From Alphaproteobacteria bacterium (GTDB taxonomy: Bacteria; Pseudomonadota; Alphaproteobacteria; MPNO01; UBA2964), in contig WHUE01000012.1 in NCBI GenBank assembly GCA_009377375.1, forward strand, positions 2,427-66,426: a stretch of DNA of 64,000 nt, in the 5' to 3' direction. The translations under genes and the position numbers were made by a program. Under the pieces are notes generated by a model. The model made no database searches. It had not been told where the DNA came from and was given only the letters and a program-made list of their open reading frames with translations. Below, piece after piece: positions 48,952 through 59,374 of this stretch; positions within the stretch are counted from its first letter, which is position 1; the number at the start of each line of letters is the position of its first letter.

Positions 48952-49992
48952 ATGCCGAGAAAAAATTCAGCGTTCATGGCCGCGACGGCCGCAGTGGCTT
49001 TTACGACGTTCTTCGCGGTGACCGCGATGCAGACCGCGGAAGCGCAGCGGAAATCGCTTCGCTGGGCGACGTCCAACACCGGTTCCTACGGCTACAAGGT
49101 CGGCGCCGCGATGTCGACGATCCTCGAGAAGGCGCTCGACGGCGAGTATACGGTGACCGTCCAGCCGTATCCGTCGACCACCGGTGCGATGAAGTCCGCC
49201 ATGGATGGCGGGGCCGAGATCGGCTACACCGCCGATGTTGGCATGCGCAGCCTGTATGACGGCCAGGCCGGCTTCAAGGGCTACACGCCGAAGAAGGGCC
49301 GGCTCGTGCATACCTGGTACGCCTATCCGATGGAAAGCTTCATGGCGGCTCCGGCGAAGACGGCGTCGCAGTACAAGTGCTGGGGCGACTTCTCGGGCAA
49401 GCCGGTGTTCTTCACCACCGCCGGATTCATGAACTGGCTGAACTTCCGCCGCATCTACGACGCGCTCGGCTACAAGTTCAATCACGTCGAGATCGATCCC
49501 TCCACCCAGGCCGACGCGCTCCAGTCCGGCAGCATCGCCGGCTCGGTCGCCTACACCACGGCCGGCCGGTCCCTGGCCTCCTACTGGCGCGAGACGGAAA
49601 TCCGCGCCGACATCAAGCTGATCAACCCCTGCCCCGACGAGGTCAAGAAGCTCACGGAGAAGGGCCTGAAGCCGGTGGAGGTGAACCCGAAGAATGCCTT
49701 CAGCAAGGATGTCGGGGTCGACATGGTCCTCGGCGTGCCGATCTATTTCGCCTACAACGTGCGTGCCGACATGCCGGCGGATGTCGTCTACAAGATGGTG
49801 AAGGCGTTCTACGACAGCCGAGAGGGCCTCGCCAAGCAGGACAAGGGGTTCACGCCGATGGCGCGCGACTTCGTCGGCATGCAGGCCGGCGGCATCGGCG
49901 CCAATCCCGACATTCCCGTCCATCCCGGCCTTGCCCGGTTCCTCAAGGAACAGAAGGCCTGGAACGACTCGTGGAAGGTCGCGGGCAAGTAA
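48952..49992 (+). CDS. TAXI-family TRAP transporter solute-binding protein
   Basis: signal peptide plus TAXI (immunogenic-protein) family. Confidence 0.8.
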   Translation: MPRKNSAFMAATAAVAFTTFFAVTAMQTAEAQRKSLRWATSNTGSYGYKVGAAMSTILEKALDGEYTVTVQPYPSTTGAMKSAMDGGAEIGYTADVGMRSLYDGQAGFKGYTPKKGRLVHTWYAYPMESFMAAPAKTASQYKCWGDFSGKPVFFTTAGFMNWLNFRRIYDALGYKFNHVEIDPSTQADALQSGSIAGSVAYTTAGRSLASYWRETEIRADIKLINPCPDEVKKLTEKGLKPVEVNPKNAFSKDVGVDMVLGVPIYFAYNVRADMPADVVYKMVKAFYDSREGLAKQDKGFTPMARDFVGMQAGGIGANPDIPVHPGLARFLKEQKAWNDSWKVAGK

Positions 49993-50009
49993 CGCCGCAC
50001 TGAACGGCC

Positions 50010-50046
50010 GGGGCGGGGCGGCGTCCGCATGACGCCCTCCGCCCCG
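50010..50046 (+). terminator. GC hairpin between the TAXI binding protein and permease genes (attenuator/terminator candidate)
   Basis: GGGGCGGGGCGGCGTC cgcat GACGCCCTCCGCCCCG. Confidence 0.35.
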
Positions 50047-50190
50047 TGCTCATCCACGCCGTCAGCGGCCGGTCGGGCGGTGCGCCGCACCGTAAGAGCA
50101 TGCTGGTCGCAGGGACGCCGTTCGGCGCCTGTGGCGCGTGGCCGTGCCGCGGGACCATGGCCACGGACGACCTGACAAGGGGACGGACGC

Positions 50191-52149
50191 ATGCCCGACA
50201 CGATCAAGACCTGGCTCAGCCTGAAGAACCTGACATTCCTCCTGTCGGTCGGCCTGTTCGCGTGGCTGGTCTACTATTTCTACACCGGGGCCGGCGGGGC
50301 GCGGTATCTCGCCGTCCATCTCGTGCCGATCGCGCTCGCGATCCATGTGCTGCTGCTTCGCCAGACGGGTCCCCTGTATCCCCTGCTTCCGCGCGTCGCG
50401 AACGATGCGCTGGTTACGGCCTATGTCCTGATCTGCGCCTACGCGTTCTACTACTTCTTCATCAATTACGAGGACATCGCCATCTGGCGGCAGGGCTCGT
50501 ATACGCAGCACGATTTCATCGTCGGGCTGCTCGTGTTCCTGCTCGTGATGGAGCTGTCGCGGATGGCGCATCCGATCCTGTTCTGGGTCAATGTCGTTCT
50601 CGTCATCTACACGATCTGGGGTCATCTCAGCCCGGTCGACTTCTTCTGGCACCCGGGCACGGACTTCCATCGCGTGGTGACGTCCAGCACGGTAGAGTTG
50701 GCCACCGGCGTCTACGGGCTCTATGCCCAGCTCGCGCTCACCCTGATCGCGGCCTTCCTCCTGCTCGCCGCGGCGGCCAACGGGTTCGGCGCGCAGAGCG
50801 CCATGGTGCAGGTGATGCGACGGCTCGCCGGACGGTCGCGCGGCACCGTGCCGCAGACCGCGGTGCTCGCCTCGGTCTCCGTCGGCATGGTCAGCGGCAG
50901 CGGCGCGGCCAATACCGCCGTCACGGGGATGTTCACCATCCCGCTGATGAAGCGGTACGGCTTCCCGCCGGCCTTCGCCGGCGCGGTGGAGACAGCGGCG
51001 TCGATGGGCGGGCTGATCATGCCGCCGCTGATGGCGGTGGCGGGGTTCCTGATGGCCGAGTTCCTCGGCGTGCCGTACTGGGACGTGGTGGTGCGCGGCT
51101 TCGCCGTCGCCTTCGTGTACTTCGCCTCGCTGATCCTGGCGGTCTATCTCCTCAGCGTGCGGCTGATCCCGGACGACCGCATCACCCCGCCGGCCGTGCC
51201 GGGTTACGCCCAGGCGAAGACGGTGATCTTCTTCGCGGCGGTGATCTTCCTGATCGCGCTGATGGGGGGCTTCGGCTTCGGCGCGCTGCGCGCCGCCCTC
51301 TACACGGCGGTCTTCCTGTTCTCGTCGCTGCTCGCCAACTTCCTGTGGTTCAAATACGTGCGGAAGGATCCCGAGGCGGCGGAGGAGTCCCTGCTGGGCA
51401 GCATCCGCACCGCCATCGAAACCCACGCGGACATGACGTCGTATCTGGTGCTGCTGATGGCGACTCTGGGGATCATGATCGGCCTGTTCACCGTGACCGG
51501 CTTCATTCTCCGCATGGGCAACATCCTGCTGCAGCTCGGCGACTTTCACATCCTGGCGACGATCCTGGCGGCCTGGGTGTTCGGCTGGCTGGTCGGCGCG
51601 GGGCTGCCGCCGACCGCGACCTACATCGTGCTCGCGGTCATCGTCGTGCCGCCGCTCCAGAAGCTCGGCATCGATCCGTGGATCGCGCATTTCTTCTGCT
51701 TCCTGATCGCGATCTGGGGCGAGCTGTCGCCGCCCACCTCGCTGACCGCGGCGGTGGCCTCGCGCATCGCCGACGCCTCGTTCATGCTGACCATGTGGGA
51801 GGCGCTGAAGATCTGCCTGCCGGTGACGTTCATGTCCTTCGCGATCTTCGTCCGCGAGGACATGGTGGTGAATCCCGGCTGGGCGCAGATCCACGACGCG
51901 GTCCTGGTCGCCACCGGCACATGCGGCGTCACCTTCGCGATCTTCGGCCGGATGCTGGCGTCACGCGGGGCGGACATGGCCTTCCGGATCTCGCTGGCGA
52001 CGGGTTCGCTCGTCGTCATGCTGCATCCGGACGACGCGCTGGCGCTGGCGGCGGGCGCGATCGTGCTGCCGCTTACGCTGATCGGCGTCTGGCGTCACCG
52101 CAGGCTCGCCGCGCCCCCGCCGGGCGCCGCCGCGGCGGAGCCTGCGTAG
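50191..52149 (+). CDS. TRAP transporter fused 4TM/12TM permease (TAXI-associated)
   Basis: about 650-aa polytopic DctQM-fusion type. Confidence 0.8.
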   Translation: MPDTIKTWLSLKNLTFLLSVGLFAWLVYYFYTGAGGARYLAVHLVPIALAIHVLLLRQTGPLYPLLPRVANDALVTAYVLICAYAFYYFFINYEDIAIWRQGSYTQHDFIVGLLVFLLVMELSRMAHPILFWVNVVLVIYTIWGHLSPVDFFWHPGTDFHRVVTSSTVELATGVYGLYAQLALTLIAAFLLLAAAANGFGAQSAMVQVMRRLAGRSRGTVPQTAVLASVSVGMVSGSGAANTAVTGMFTIPLMKRYGFPPAFAGAVETAASMGGLIMPPLMAVAGFLMAEFLGVPYWDVVVRGFAVAFVYFASLILAVYLLSVRLIPDDRITPPAVPGYAQAKTVIFFAAVIFLIALMGGFGFGALRAALYTAVFLFSSLLANFLWFKYVRKDPEAAEESLLGSIRTAIETHADMTSYLVLLMATLGIMIGLFTVTGFILRMGNILLQLGDFHILATILAAWVFGWLVGAGLPPTATYIVLAVIVVPPLQKLGIDPWIAHFFCFLIAIWGELSPPTSLTAAVASRIADASFMLTMWEALKICLPVTFMSFAIFVREDMVVNPGWAQIHDAVLVATGTCGVTFAIFGRMLASRGADMAFRISLATGSLVVMLHPDDALALAAGAIVLPLTLIGVWRHRRLAAPPPGAAAAEPA

Positions 52150-52159
52150 CAACCGGCGT

Positions 52160-54517
52160 TCAGCCGCACTTGGAATAGGCGCAGCTGGTGCAGAGATCGC
52201 AGCCTTCCTGGCGGATCAGGGTGGCGGCGCCGCATTTGGGGCACTGGCGCATCGGGGCGGTCGCGCGGCGGTGGGGCGGGGTCTCGGCGCTGCCGTGGCG
52301 GCGGCCGGCCTCCAGCAGGACCCGGGCCGTGTCCCGCTCGCCGTCCTCGCCGGGCTTCGGCAGGAATCCGATATCTATCATGTGGCGCTCGATCACGCCG
52401 CCGATGGCGGCGAGCAGCGAGGGCACGTAGCGGCCGTCCAGCCACTGGCCGCCGCGCGGGTCGAACACGGCCTTGAGCTCCTCCACCACGAAGGCGACGT
52501 CGCCGCCGCGCCGGAACACGGCGCTGATCATCCGCGTCAGCGCCACGGTCCAGGCGTAGTGCTCCATGTTCTTGGAGTTGATGAACACCTCGAACGGGCG
52601 GCGGCGGCCGTCCTGCACGATGTCGTTGATGGTTATGTAGATGGCGTGGTCGGAATCCGCCCATTTGATCTTGTAGGTCTGGCCCGGCAGCTCTTCCGGC
52701 CGGTCGAGCGGGCGGGTCATGTAGACCACCCCGCCGGCATCGAACTCGTCCGCCGGCGCGGTCTGCTGCCGCTCCAGCCCCAGCGGCAGCTCGTCCTGCC
52801 CGTCCGCCGCCGCGGCCGCGCCGCCGCCGGCCTCCAGAACCGCGCCGGTGACGTCGTTCGGGCGGTAGGTGGTGCAGCCCTTGCAGCCCAGGTCGAAGGC
52901 CTGCTGGTAGATGTCCCTGAACGCCTCGAAACCGAGATCCGCCGGGCAGTTGATGGTCTTGGAGATGGAGGAATCGACGTATTTCTGCACCGCCGCCTGC
53001 ATCACCAGGTGGTCGCGCGGGCGCAGGGACTGTGCGTCGACGAAGTAGTCGGGCAGCGGCGCGGCCTCGCCATGCATCCGCCGGTACAGCCGCCAGGCAT
53101 AGTCGGACACGTGCTCCGCCTGGCGCGAGCCGTCCGGCATCAGCACGTTGCGGGTGTAGGTGTAGCAGAACACCGGCTCGATCCCCGAGGTCACGTTGTC
53201 CGCGAACAGCGAAATCGTGCCGGTCGGGGCGATGGAGGTCAGCAGCGCGTTGCGGATGCCGTTTGTGCGGATCGCCGCCTGCACGTCCTCGTCCAGCGTG
53301 CGGATATGCTCGCCAGCCAGATACGGCTCGGCGTCGTAGAGCGGGAACGCGCCCTTTTCGGCGGCGAGCGCGGCGGATGCCAGATAGGCCGCGCGGCGGA
53401 TCGCCGCGGCCCACTCCTCGGTGAGCTGTACCGCGCGCTGCGAGCCGTAGCGCGCCCGGCACATGATCAGCGCGTCGCCCAGACCGGTTATGCCCAGCCC
53501 GATGCGCCGCTTGGCCCGCGCCTCCTGCGCCTGTGCCTCCAGCGGGAAGCGGGAGACGTCGACCACGTTGTCCATCATGCGCACGGCCAGCGGCACGATC
53601 TCGTCCAGCGCCTCCATGTCCAGCGCCGCCTCCGCCGCGAACGGCTCGCGCACCAGCCGGGCGAGGTTGATCGAGCCCAGCAGGCAGGCGCCGTAGGGCG
53701 GCAGCGGCTGTTCGCCGCAAGGATTCGTAGCCGAAATCGTCTCGCAGTAATGCAGGTTGTTCTGGCGGTTGATGCGGTCGATGAAGATCACGCCGGGCTC
53801 GGCATAGGCGTAGGTCGCCCGCATGATGCGGTTCCAGAGGTCGCGGGCGCGGACCGAGCGGTAGGTCTGGCCGCCGAACACCAGCTCCCAGGGCGCGTCC
53901 TGCCGCACCGCCTCCATGAAGGCGTCGGTGACCAGCACCGAGAGGTTGAACATGCGCAGCCGGCCGGGCTCGTGCTTGGCGGCGATGAACGCCTCGATAT
54001 CGGGGTGGTCGCAGCGCATCGTGGCCATCATGGCGCCGCGGCGCGAACCCGCGCTCATGATGGTGCGGCACATCGCATCCCACACGTCCATGAAGCTGAG
54101 CGGCCCGCTGGCGTCCGCGCCGACGCCGCGCACCAGCGCGCCCCTGGGGCGCAGGGTGGAGAAGTCGTACCCGATGCCGCCGCCCTGCTGCATGGTCAGC
54201 GCCGCCTCGCGCAGCTGTTCGAAAATGCCGCTCATGTCGTCGGGGATGGTGCCCATGACGAAGCAGTTGAACAGCGTCACGCTGCGCGCGGTGCCGGCGC
54301 CGGCGACGATCCGCCCGGCGGGCAGGAAGCGGAAATCCTCCATCGCCTTGTAGAACCGTGGCGCCCAGAGCCCGGGGTCGCGCTCCGGCGCGGCCAGCGC
54401 CTTCGCCACCCGCCGCCAGGTGTCCTCGATGGTCTTGTCATGCACCTCGCCGCCGGGGGCCTTGAAGCGATACTTCATGTCCCAGATCTGCTGCGATATG
54501 GCGGCGACGGCAGTCAT
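52160..54517 (-). CDS. nrdJ: class II (adenosylcobalamin-dependent) ribonucleotide reductase
   Basis: about 785 aa with an NrdJ-type active-site region and a C-terminal cysteine pair. Confidence 0.9.
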   Translation of the reverse strand: MTAVAAISQQIWDMKYRFKAPGGEVHDKTIEDTWRRVAKALAAPERDPGLWAPRFYKAMEDFRFLPAGRIVAGAGTARSVTLFNCFVMGTIPDDMSGIFEQLREAALTMQQGGGIGYDFSTLRPRGALVRGVGADASGPLSFMDVWDAMCRTIMSAGSRRGAMMATMRCDHPDIEAFIAAKHEPGRLRMFNLSVLVTDAFMEAVRQDAPWELVFGGQTYRSVRARDLWNRIMRATYAYAEPGVIFIDRINRQNNLHYCETISATNPCGEQPLPPYGACLLGSINLARLVREPFAAEAALDMEALDEIVPLAVRMMDNVVDVSRFPLEAQAQEARAKRRIGLGITGLGDALIMCRARYGSQRAVQLTEEWAAAIRRAAYLASAALAAEKGAFPLYDAEPYLAGEHIRTLDEDVQAAIRTNGIRNALLTSIAPTGTISLFADNVTSGIEPVFCYTYTRNVLMPDGSRQAEHVSDYAWRLYRRMHGEAAPLPDYFVDAQSLRPRDHLVMQAAVQKYVDSSISKTINCPADLGFEAFRDIYQQAFDLGCKGCTTYRPNDVTGAVLEAGGGAAAAADGQDELPLGLERQQTAPADEFDAGGVVYMTRPLDRPEELPGQTYKIKWADSDHAIYITINDIVQDGRRRPFEVFINSKNMEHYAWTVALTRMISAVFRRGGDVAFVVEELKAVFDPRGGQWLDGRYVPSLLAAIGGVIERHMIDIGFLPKPGEDGERDTARVLLEAGRRHGSAETPPHRRATAPMRQCPKCGAATLIRQEGCDLCTSCAYSKCG

Positions 54518-54804
54518 GGTGCTATCCGGATCCGGCTTTGCCTTGACGGTGACGGGCGGTTACGGGCTATTACAAGATATGGGATGCGGGGCCGTGCACG
54601 GCACCGGCGCCGCATCGCGCTCCAAAGAATAGCGCGCCCGGCGCGGCCGATCAATGTTCTTGTTATGTTCAAGATTGGGCGCAGGATGGCGTGCCCCCGT
54701 GCCGGCGCCGCCCCGCGGCCGGTTATCGACAGGGTTGGCCACAGGCTATCCCGCGGCGTCTTATGGGAAACGGTCGGTTATCCCCATGTTGTGGACGACA
54801 GTTT

Positions 54805-55542
54805 TCAACCGCCTGGGGACAAGTCCGCCTCGCCGGCGCCCGCGACCAGCGCGGCCGTCGCGCCCTCGATATCGCTTTCCAGCCGCGCCATGAAGTCGCC
54901 GGCGGCGAGCCCCGGCGGAATCGCCGGCAGGATGCGCACGGTGATGACGCCGGGCCGCAGGAACAGGTTGCGCCGTCCCCAGTAGAGCCCGGAATTGAGC
55001 GCCACCGGCACCACGGGCAGGCCGAGCCGGCTGTAGAGCGCGGCGATGCCCCGCTGGTAGGGCCGCTTCTCGCCCGGTGCGGTGCGGGTGCCTTCGGGGA
55101 ACATCACCAGCGTCTGGCCGCGCTCCGCCGCCCGGGCCGCGTCGGCGACCATGCCGCGCAGCGCGCTGGCGCCCGCCTTGCGGTCGATGCCGATCATGCC
55201 GTGCTTGCGCGCATACCAGCCGTAAAACGGGATCCGCAGCAGCTCCTTCTTCAGGATCACCACCGCGTCCGGAATCAGGATCGGCATGACCAGCGTGTCC
55301 CACGCCGACTGGTGCTTTGCGGCGACCATGAAGCGGCCCTCGGGCAGGTTCTCGATGCCCTCCACCCGGTGACTCAGACCGACGGTGACGCGGAGCAGCC
55401 ACAGCACCGACCGCGACCACAGCCGGCCGAGGAAGACGATGGCGCCCCGCGGCAGGGCCAGCGCCGGCAGGTAGGCGAAGGCGACGATCACCGTCCAGCC
55501 GTAGAACAGCGTCTGGAACAGCAGCGCCCTTGCCGCCCTCAC
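54805..55542 (-). CDS. plsC: 1-acyl-sn-glycerol-3-phosphate acyltransferase
   Basis: HxxxxD-type (AAKHQSAWD) and FPEGTR motifs; GTG start at 55542 overlaps the upstream stop (GTGA). Confidence 0.75.
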   Translation of the reverse strand: MRAARALLFQTLFYGWTVIVAFAYLPALALPRGAIVFLGRLWSRSVLWLLRVTVGLSHRVEGIENLPEGRFMVAAKHQSAWDTLVMPILIPDAVVILKKELLRIPFYGWYARKHGMIGIDRKAGASALRGMVADAARAAERGQTLVMFPEGTRTAPGEKRPYQRGIAALYSRLGLPVVPVALNSGLYWGRRNLFLRPGVITVRILPAIPPGLAAGDFMARLESDIEGATAALVAGAGEADLSPGG

Positions 55543-56186
55543 CCCTCGCGCTCCGGCGTTTCCGGCCAGTGGAGCGTCGGCTGCAGCCGGGCCAGCACGT
55601 ACTTGCTGTATTCGCTCGCCAGCAGCGCCGCGGTGCCGGGCCAGCGCCACCAGCCGTCGAGCATGAACTGCTCGGGGAAGACCGGGCGGGGCACGATCCT
55701 GATCCCGGGCATGGCGGCGCGGAATTCGACCAGGCTGCGCGGCATGTGGTAGTTGGCGGTGACCAGCAGCATGGAGGCGTAGCCTTGGCTGCGCATCCAC
55801 GCCGCGGTTTCGCGCGCGTTGCCGGCGGTGTTGTCGGCGGCGTAGCCGACGGCGATGCAGCAGGCCAGCTCCTCCGGCTGACGGCGGGCAATGCGCAGCA
55901 GCTGGGTGACGTCGACCCCCCGCGCGACGCCGGAAACGAAAAGCTTTTCGGCATGGCCTTCGGCCAGCAGCTTCAACCCGGCGTCGAGCCGCCCGGTGCC
56001 GCCTGTGAGCACGACGACGGCGTCGGCGCGCGGCTCGGGGAGGGACGCATCCCCCGGCCGCGGCACCTGCCCGGCGAACCACGCCAGCCCCGCAATCCAT
56101 GCGACCAGGGCGACGGCGAGCGCGAGCCCGGCACGGCGCAATACGCGCAGCCGAATGCGTTTCGCCCGTCGGCGGACGCTGGACAT
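55539..56186 (-). CDS. DUF218 (YdcF/ElyC-like) family protein
   Basis: VVLTGGTGR motif; start overlaps the ftsX stop. Confidence 0.7.
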   Translation of the reverse strand: MSSVRRRAKRIRLRVLRRAGLALAVALVAWIAGLAWFAGQVPRPGDASLPEPRADAVVVLTGGTGRLDAGLKLLAEGHAEKLFVSGVARGVDVTQLLRIARRQPEELACCIAVGYAADNTAGNARETAAWMRSQGYASMLLVTANYHMPRSLVEFRAAMPGIRIVPRPVFPEQFMLDGWWRWPGTAALLASEYSKYVLARLQPTLHWPETPEREG

Positions 56187-57073
56187 CAGGGCATCCGGGC
56201 CAGGGCGCGCATCACCGTCAGCCGTGCGGTGATCATGGCGATCAGAGCCACCGCGATGGCCAGCCCCGCCAGCGCCGCCCACTGCGCGAGGCCCAGCGCG
56301 ATCGGCGGCAGCAGCCCGGCCTCGACCCGCCCTGCCAGATAGACGACTACCGCGACAGTCGCCGCGACCAGCACGAACCCGCCGACGCCGCCCTTGAGGC
56401 CCAGCCGGAACGCGTGGCCCTGGAACTCGCGGGCGACGAAGCCGTCGCGCGCCCCGATCAGATGCAGCAGCTCGACGACCTCGTGATGGATGGCGAGGCC
56501 GGTCTTGGTGGCGAACACCACGGTGGCCACCGCCGCCAGCGCGATCAGCCCGACGATGGCGAAGGCGATGGCCTGGATCGCGCCGGCTAGCGTCACCAGG
56601 TTGGCGAGCCACAGCCCGTGATCCTCCAGCGACGTGCCGGGGACCTGTGCGGCGATGCGCGCGCCCAGCGCTCTGGTGTCCATCGGCGCCCCGTCTTCCA
56701 GCACGACGTCGATCATGCGCGGCACGGGCAGCTCCTCGACCAGCGCGCTCTTGCCCAGCCACGGCTCCAGCAGCGCGGCGGCGGCTTCTTTCGGCATCGC
56801 CTCGGCCCGCGCGACGCCGGGCGTCTCGCGCAGCAGCGCCAGCGCGCGCCCGATGCGGGCCTCCAGCGCCTCGGCGGATTCGTCGGCCGCCGGGACGACC
56901 TGCATCGTCAGGCGGCCGGCGACGCCCTTCACCCACGCGTCGCTGGTCGTCTGGATCTGCATCGCGCCGGCCAGCGCCAGCCCGGCCAGCCACACCATGA
57001 ACGCGATCAGCCAGGGCAGGAACCGGCTGGCCGGATCGCGGGAGAGCGGCAGTATCGCGCGATGCCCGATCAT
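56186..57073 (-). CDS. ftsX: cell division protein FtsX
   Basis: 4-TM FtsX-like permease; ATGA overlap with ftsE. Confidence 0.8.
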   Translation of the reverse strand: MIGHRAILPLSRDPASRFLPWLIAFMVWLAGLALAGAMQIQTTSDAWVKGVAGRLTMQVVPAADESAEALEARIGRALALLRETPGVARAEAMPKEAAAALLEPWLGKSALVEELPVPRMIDVVLEDGAPMDTRALGARIAAQVPGTSLEDHGLWLANLVTLAGAIQAIAFAIVGLIALAAVATVVFATKTGLAIHHEVVELLHLIGARDGFVAREFQGHAFRLGLKGGVGGFVLVAATVAVVVYLAGRVEAGLLPPIALGLAQWAALAGLAIAVALIAMITARLTVMRALARMP

Positions 57074-57774
57074 GCCATTCCCGCCTGCGCCCCGCCGCCT
57101 GGCAGCGCCGTGAGCTCCCCCGCGTCGAGATGCAGCCGCCTGTGCTTGAACCGGGCGACGAGCGGCTCGCTGTGGGTAGCGACCACCACGGTGGTGCCGA
57201 TCTTGTTCAGCTCCTCCAGCAGCCGCATCAGCCGCAGCGCGATCTCGGCGTCGACATTGCCGGTCGGCTCGTCGGCCAGCAGAAGGGCGGGGCGGGCGAT
57301 CACCGCCCGGGCGATGGCGACGCGCTGTTTCTGCCCGCCGGACAGCGTCGGCGGACGGGCGTCGATCTGGTCTTCCAGCCCGACCCAGCGCAGCAGCTCG
57401 GGCACGTGCTCCTTGACCTGCGCCTCGCTGGCGCCGGCGATGCGCAGCGGCATGGCGACGTTCTCCATCGCCGTCATGGTGTCGATCAGCCGGAAATCCT
57501 GGAACACGACGCCGATGCGGCGGCGGATATCCGGCAGGGCGCCGCGCCGCGCGGTCGCGATGTCGTTGCCGAACAGCGTGACGAGCCCGCGCGACGGCCG
57601 CTGCGCCAGGTACATCAGGCGCAGCAGCGACGATTTGCCCGCGCCGCTGGGGCCGGTGAGGAAATGGAAGGAGCCCTTGGGCAGCCGGAACGAGATGTCG
57701 TGCAGCACCTCGGGGCCCAGGCCGTAACGCATTCCCACGTTCTGAAACCGGACGACGTCCTGGTCTTCCGCCAC
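57070..57774 (-). CDS. ftsE: cell division ATP-binding protein FtsE
   Basis: Walker A GPSGAGKSS, LSGGQ signature, Walker B LLADE; GTG start 57774 after GGGGGA. Confidence 0.8.
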   Translation of the reverse strand: MAEDQDVVRFQNVGMRYGLGPEVLHDISFRLPKGSFHFLTGPSGAGKSSLLRLMYLAQRPSRGLVTLFGNDIATARRGALPDIRRRIGVVFQDFRLIDTMTAMENVAMPLRIAGASEAQVKEHVPELLRWVGLEDQIDARPPTLSGGQKQRVAIARAVIARPALLLADEPTGNVDAEIALRLMRLLEELNKIGTTVVVATHSEPLVARFKHRRLHLDAGELTALPGGGAQAGMA

Positions 57775-57916
57775 GCTTTTCCCCCGAGTCTGTAGGCGCA
57801 CATCAGCATCGCATGGCGGCGCGACTCCCGTCCAGCCGCCGCCAGCTTGCCAGAGACCTGCCGACCACCTATACAACGCGAAAGCCGAATCGCTGACCCC
57901 GTGGCACGCGAAACGC

Positions 57917-58741
57917 ATGATCCTGATCTGTCCTGAGTGCTCCACCCGCTTCCAGGTTCCGGCCGAGTCGCTTGGCGACGGCCGCACCGTGCGCTGTTCG
58001 CGCTGCAGTCACCGCTGGTTCCAGGCGCCCGAGGGGGACACGCCGGCGCCCGCGGCGGCGGAGCCCGCGGTGGAGGAAGACGTCTCCCCGGCCGACATTC
58101 CGGATGGCGTCGATGACGGCGAGCGGGAAGACGCGCCGGCTGCCGCGGCGGACGAGAGGCGCGACGATGCGTCCGCCGCCGCGCCCGGCGGCGGTCCGGA
58201 TCGCCGCACGGTGGCGGATGAGCGCCTCGTTGCCGACGGTCCGCCGCCCCGCGCTGCGCGTGCCGTCCCCCGCCGCCCGGCCGCCGCGCAGGACGGCAGC
58301 AGGCTGGCGACGGTGCTCTGGGTCGTGCTGTTCGTCGCGGTCGCCGGAGTGGTGGGTTCGGCGATCGGCTTTCGCGGAGCGGTCATGGCGCACTGGCCGG
58401 CGGCTGAATCGCTGTACGACCTCGTCGGGCTGGGGGCGGAGCCGCCCGGGGCCGGGCTGGGGCTGCGCAACGTGCGCTGGAAGGCCGCCGCCCAGGGAGA
58501 CACCGCGGTACTGCGGGTGGAAGGCGAGGTCGCCAACCTGACCGACACGGTGCGCAGCGTGCCGCCGATCGAGGGCGTCATCTACGACAAGGCGGAGAAA
58601 GAGCTGCAGCGCTGGACGTTCACCGCGCCCGAGCCCCGGCTGCTGCCCGGCGAAAATGTGCCGTTCGTGACCGAACTGAAGAATCCCGCCGCCGGCGCGG
58701 TCCGGCTTCAGATCGTTTTCGCGCCGCGCAGGCCCCGCTGA
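57917..58741 (+). CDS. MJ0042-type zinc-ribbon / DUF3426 protein
   Basis: N-terminal CPECSTRF...CSRCSHRW zinc ribbon; acidic linker; TM; DUF3426-like C-terminus. Confidence 0.7.
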   Translation: MILICPECSTRFQVPAESLGDGRTVRCSRCSHRWFQAPEGDTPAPAAAEPAVEEDVSPADIPDGVDDGEREDAPAAAADERRDDASAAAPGGGPDRRTVADERLVADGPPPRAARAVPRRPAAAQDGSRLATVLWVVLFVAVAGVVGSAIGFRGAVMAHWPAAESLYDLVGLGAEPPGAGLGLRNVRWKAAAQGDTAVLRVEGEVANLTDTVRSVPPIEGVIYDKAEKELQRWTFTAPEPRLLPGENVPFVTELKNPAAGAVRLQIVFAPRRPR

Positions 58742-58749
58742 GCCGCGCG

Positions 58750-59283
58750 GTGACAGGCGGTTCCGAAATCGAGGTCCTGTTCAGCGCCGAGTGTATCGCC
58801 CGGCGGGTGGATACGCTGGCGCAGCGGATTGCCGCCCGTTACGAGCGGGAATTCCTGGTCGTGGTCGTGCTCAAGGGCAGTTTCGTCTTCGCCGCCGACC
58901 TGATCCGCGCCCTCGACCGCGCCGGCGCGGCGACTCGGGTGGATTTCATCACCCTGGCAAGCTACGGCGACGCCACGCAGAGCGCCGGTGCGGTGACGCT
59001 GACCCACGACCTGACCGAGGATGTGGCCGGGTGCGACGTGCTGCTGGTCGACGACATTCTCGAATCGGGGCGCACGCTGGCCTTCGCCCGCGACCTTCTG
59101 GCGGGACGCGGCGCCGCGTCCGTCCGCAGCTGCCTGCTGCTCGACAAGAAGACGCTGCGCAAGGTGCCGGTCGAGGCGGACTATGTCGGCTTCGAGATCG
59201 GTCCCGCCTTCGTGGTGGGGTACGGGCTCGACCTCGCCCACCGCTTTCGCGGCCTGCCCTATATCGGCGTGCCCAGAGCATGA
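58750..59283 (+). CDS. hpt: hypoxanthine phosphoribosyltransferase
   Basis: PRTase motif VLLVDDILESGRTL. Confidence 0.85.
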   Translation: MTGGSEIEVLFSAECIARRVDTLAQRIAARYEREFLVVVVLKGSFVFAADLIRALDRAGAATRVDFITLASYGDATQSAGAVTLTHDLTEDVAGCDVLLVDDILESGRTLAFARDLLAGRGAASVRSCLLLDKKTLRKVPVEADYVGFEIGPAFVVGYGLDLAHRFRGLPYIGVPRA

Positions 59284-59374
59284 TTGTTCCAGATCCGCAA
59301 TTCCCCGGTAACGAATTGGCAAGGATTGAGGCTTAGGGTCTCCCTGCGGGGTAGCATCTTCAGGAACAGTAGAC

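Noticed and set aside
54518-54804. Possible cobalamin riboswitch upstream of nrdJ
   Set aside because: No B12-box (GCCACTG-like) is present. It is also biologically unexpected for a B12-dependent reductase. I kept it only as a generic lower-GC regulatory region.
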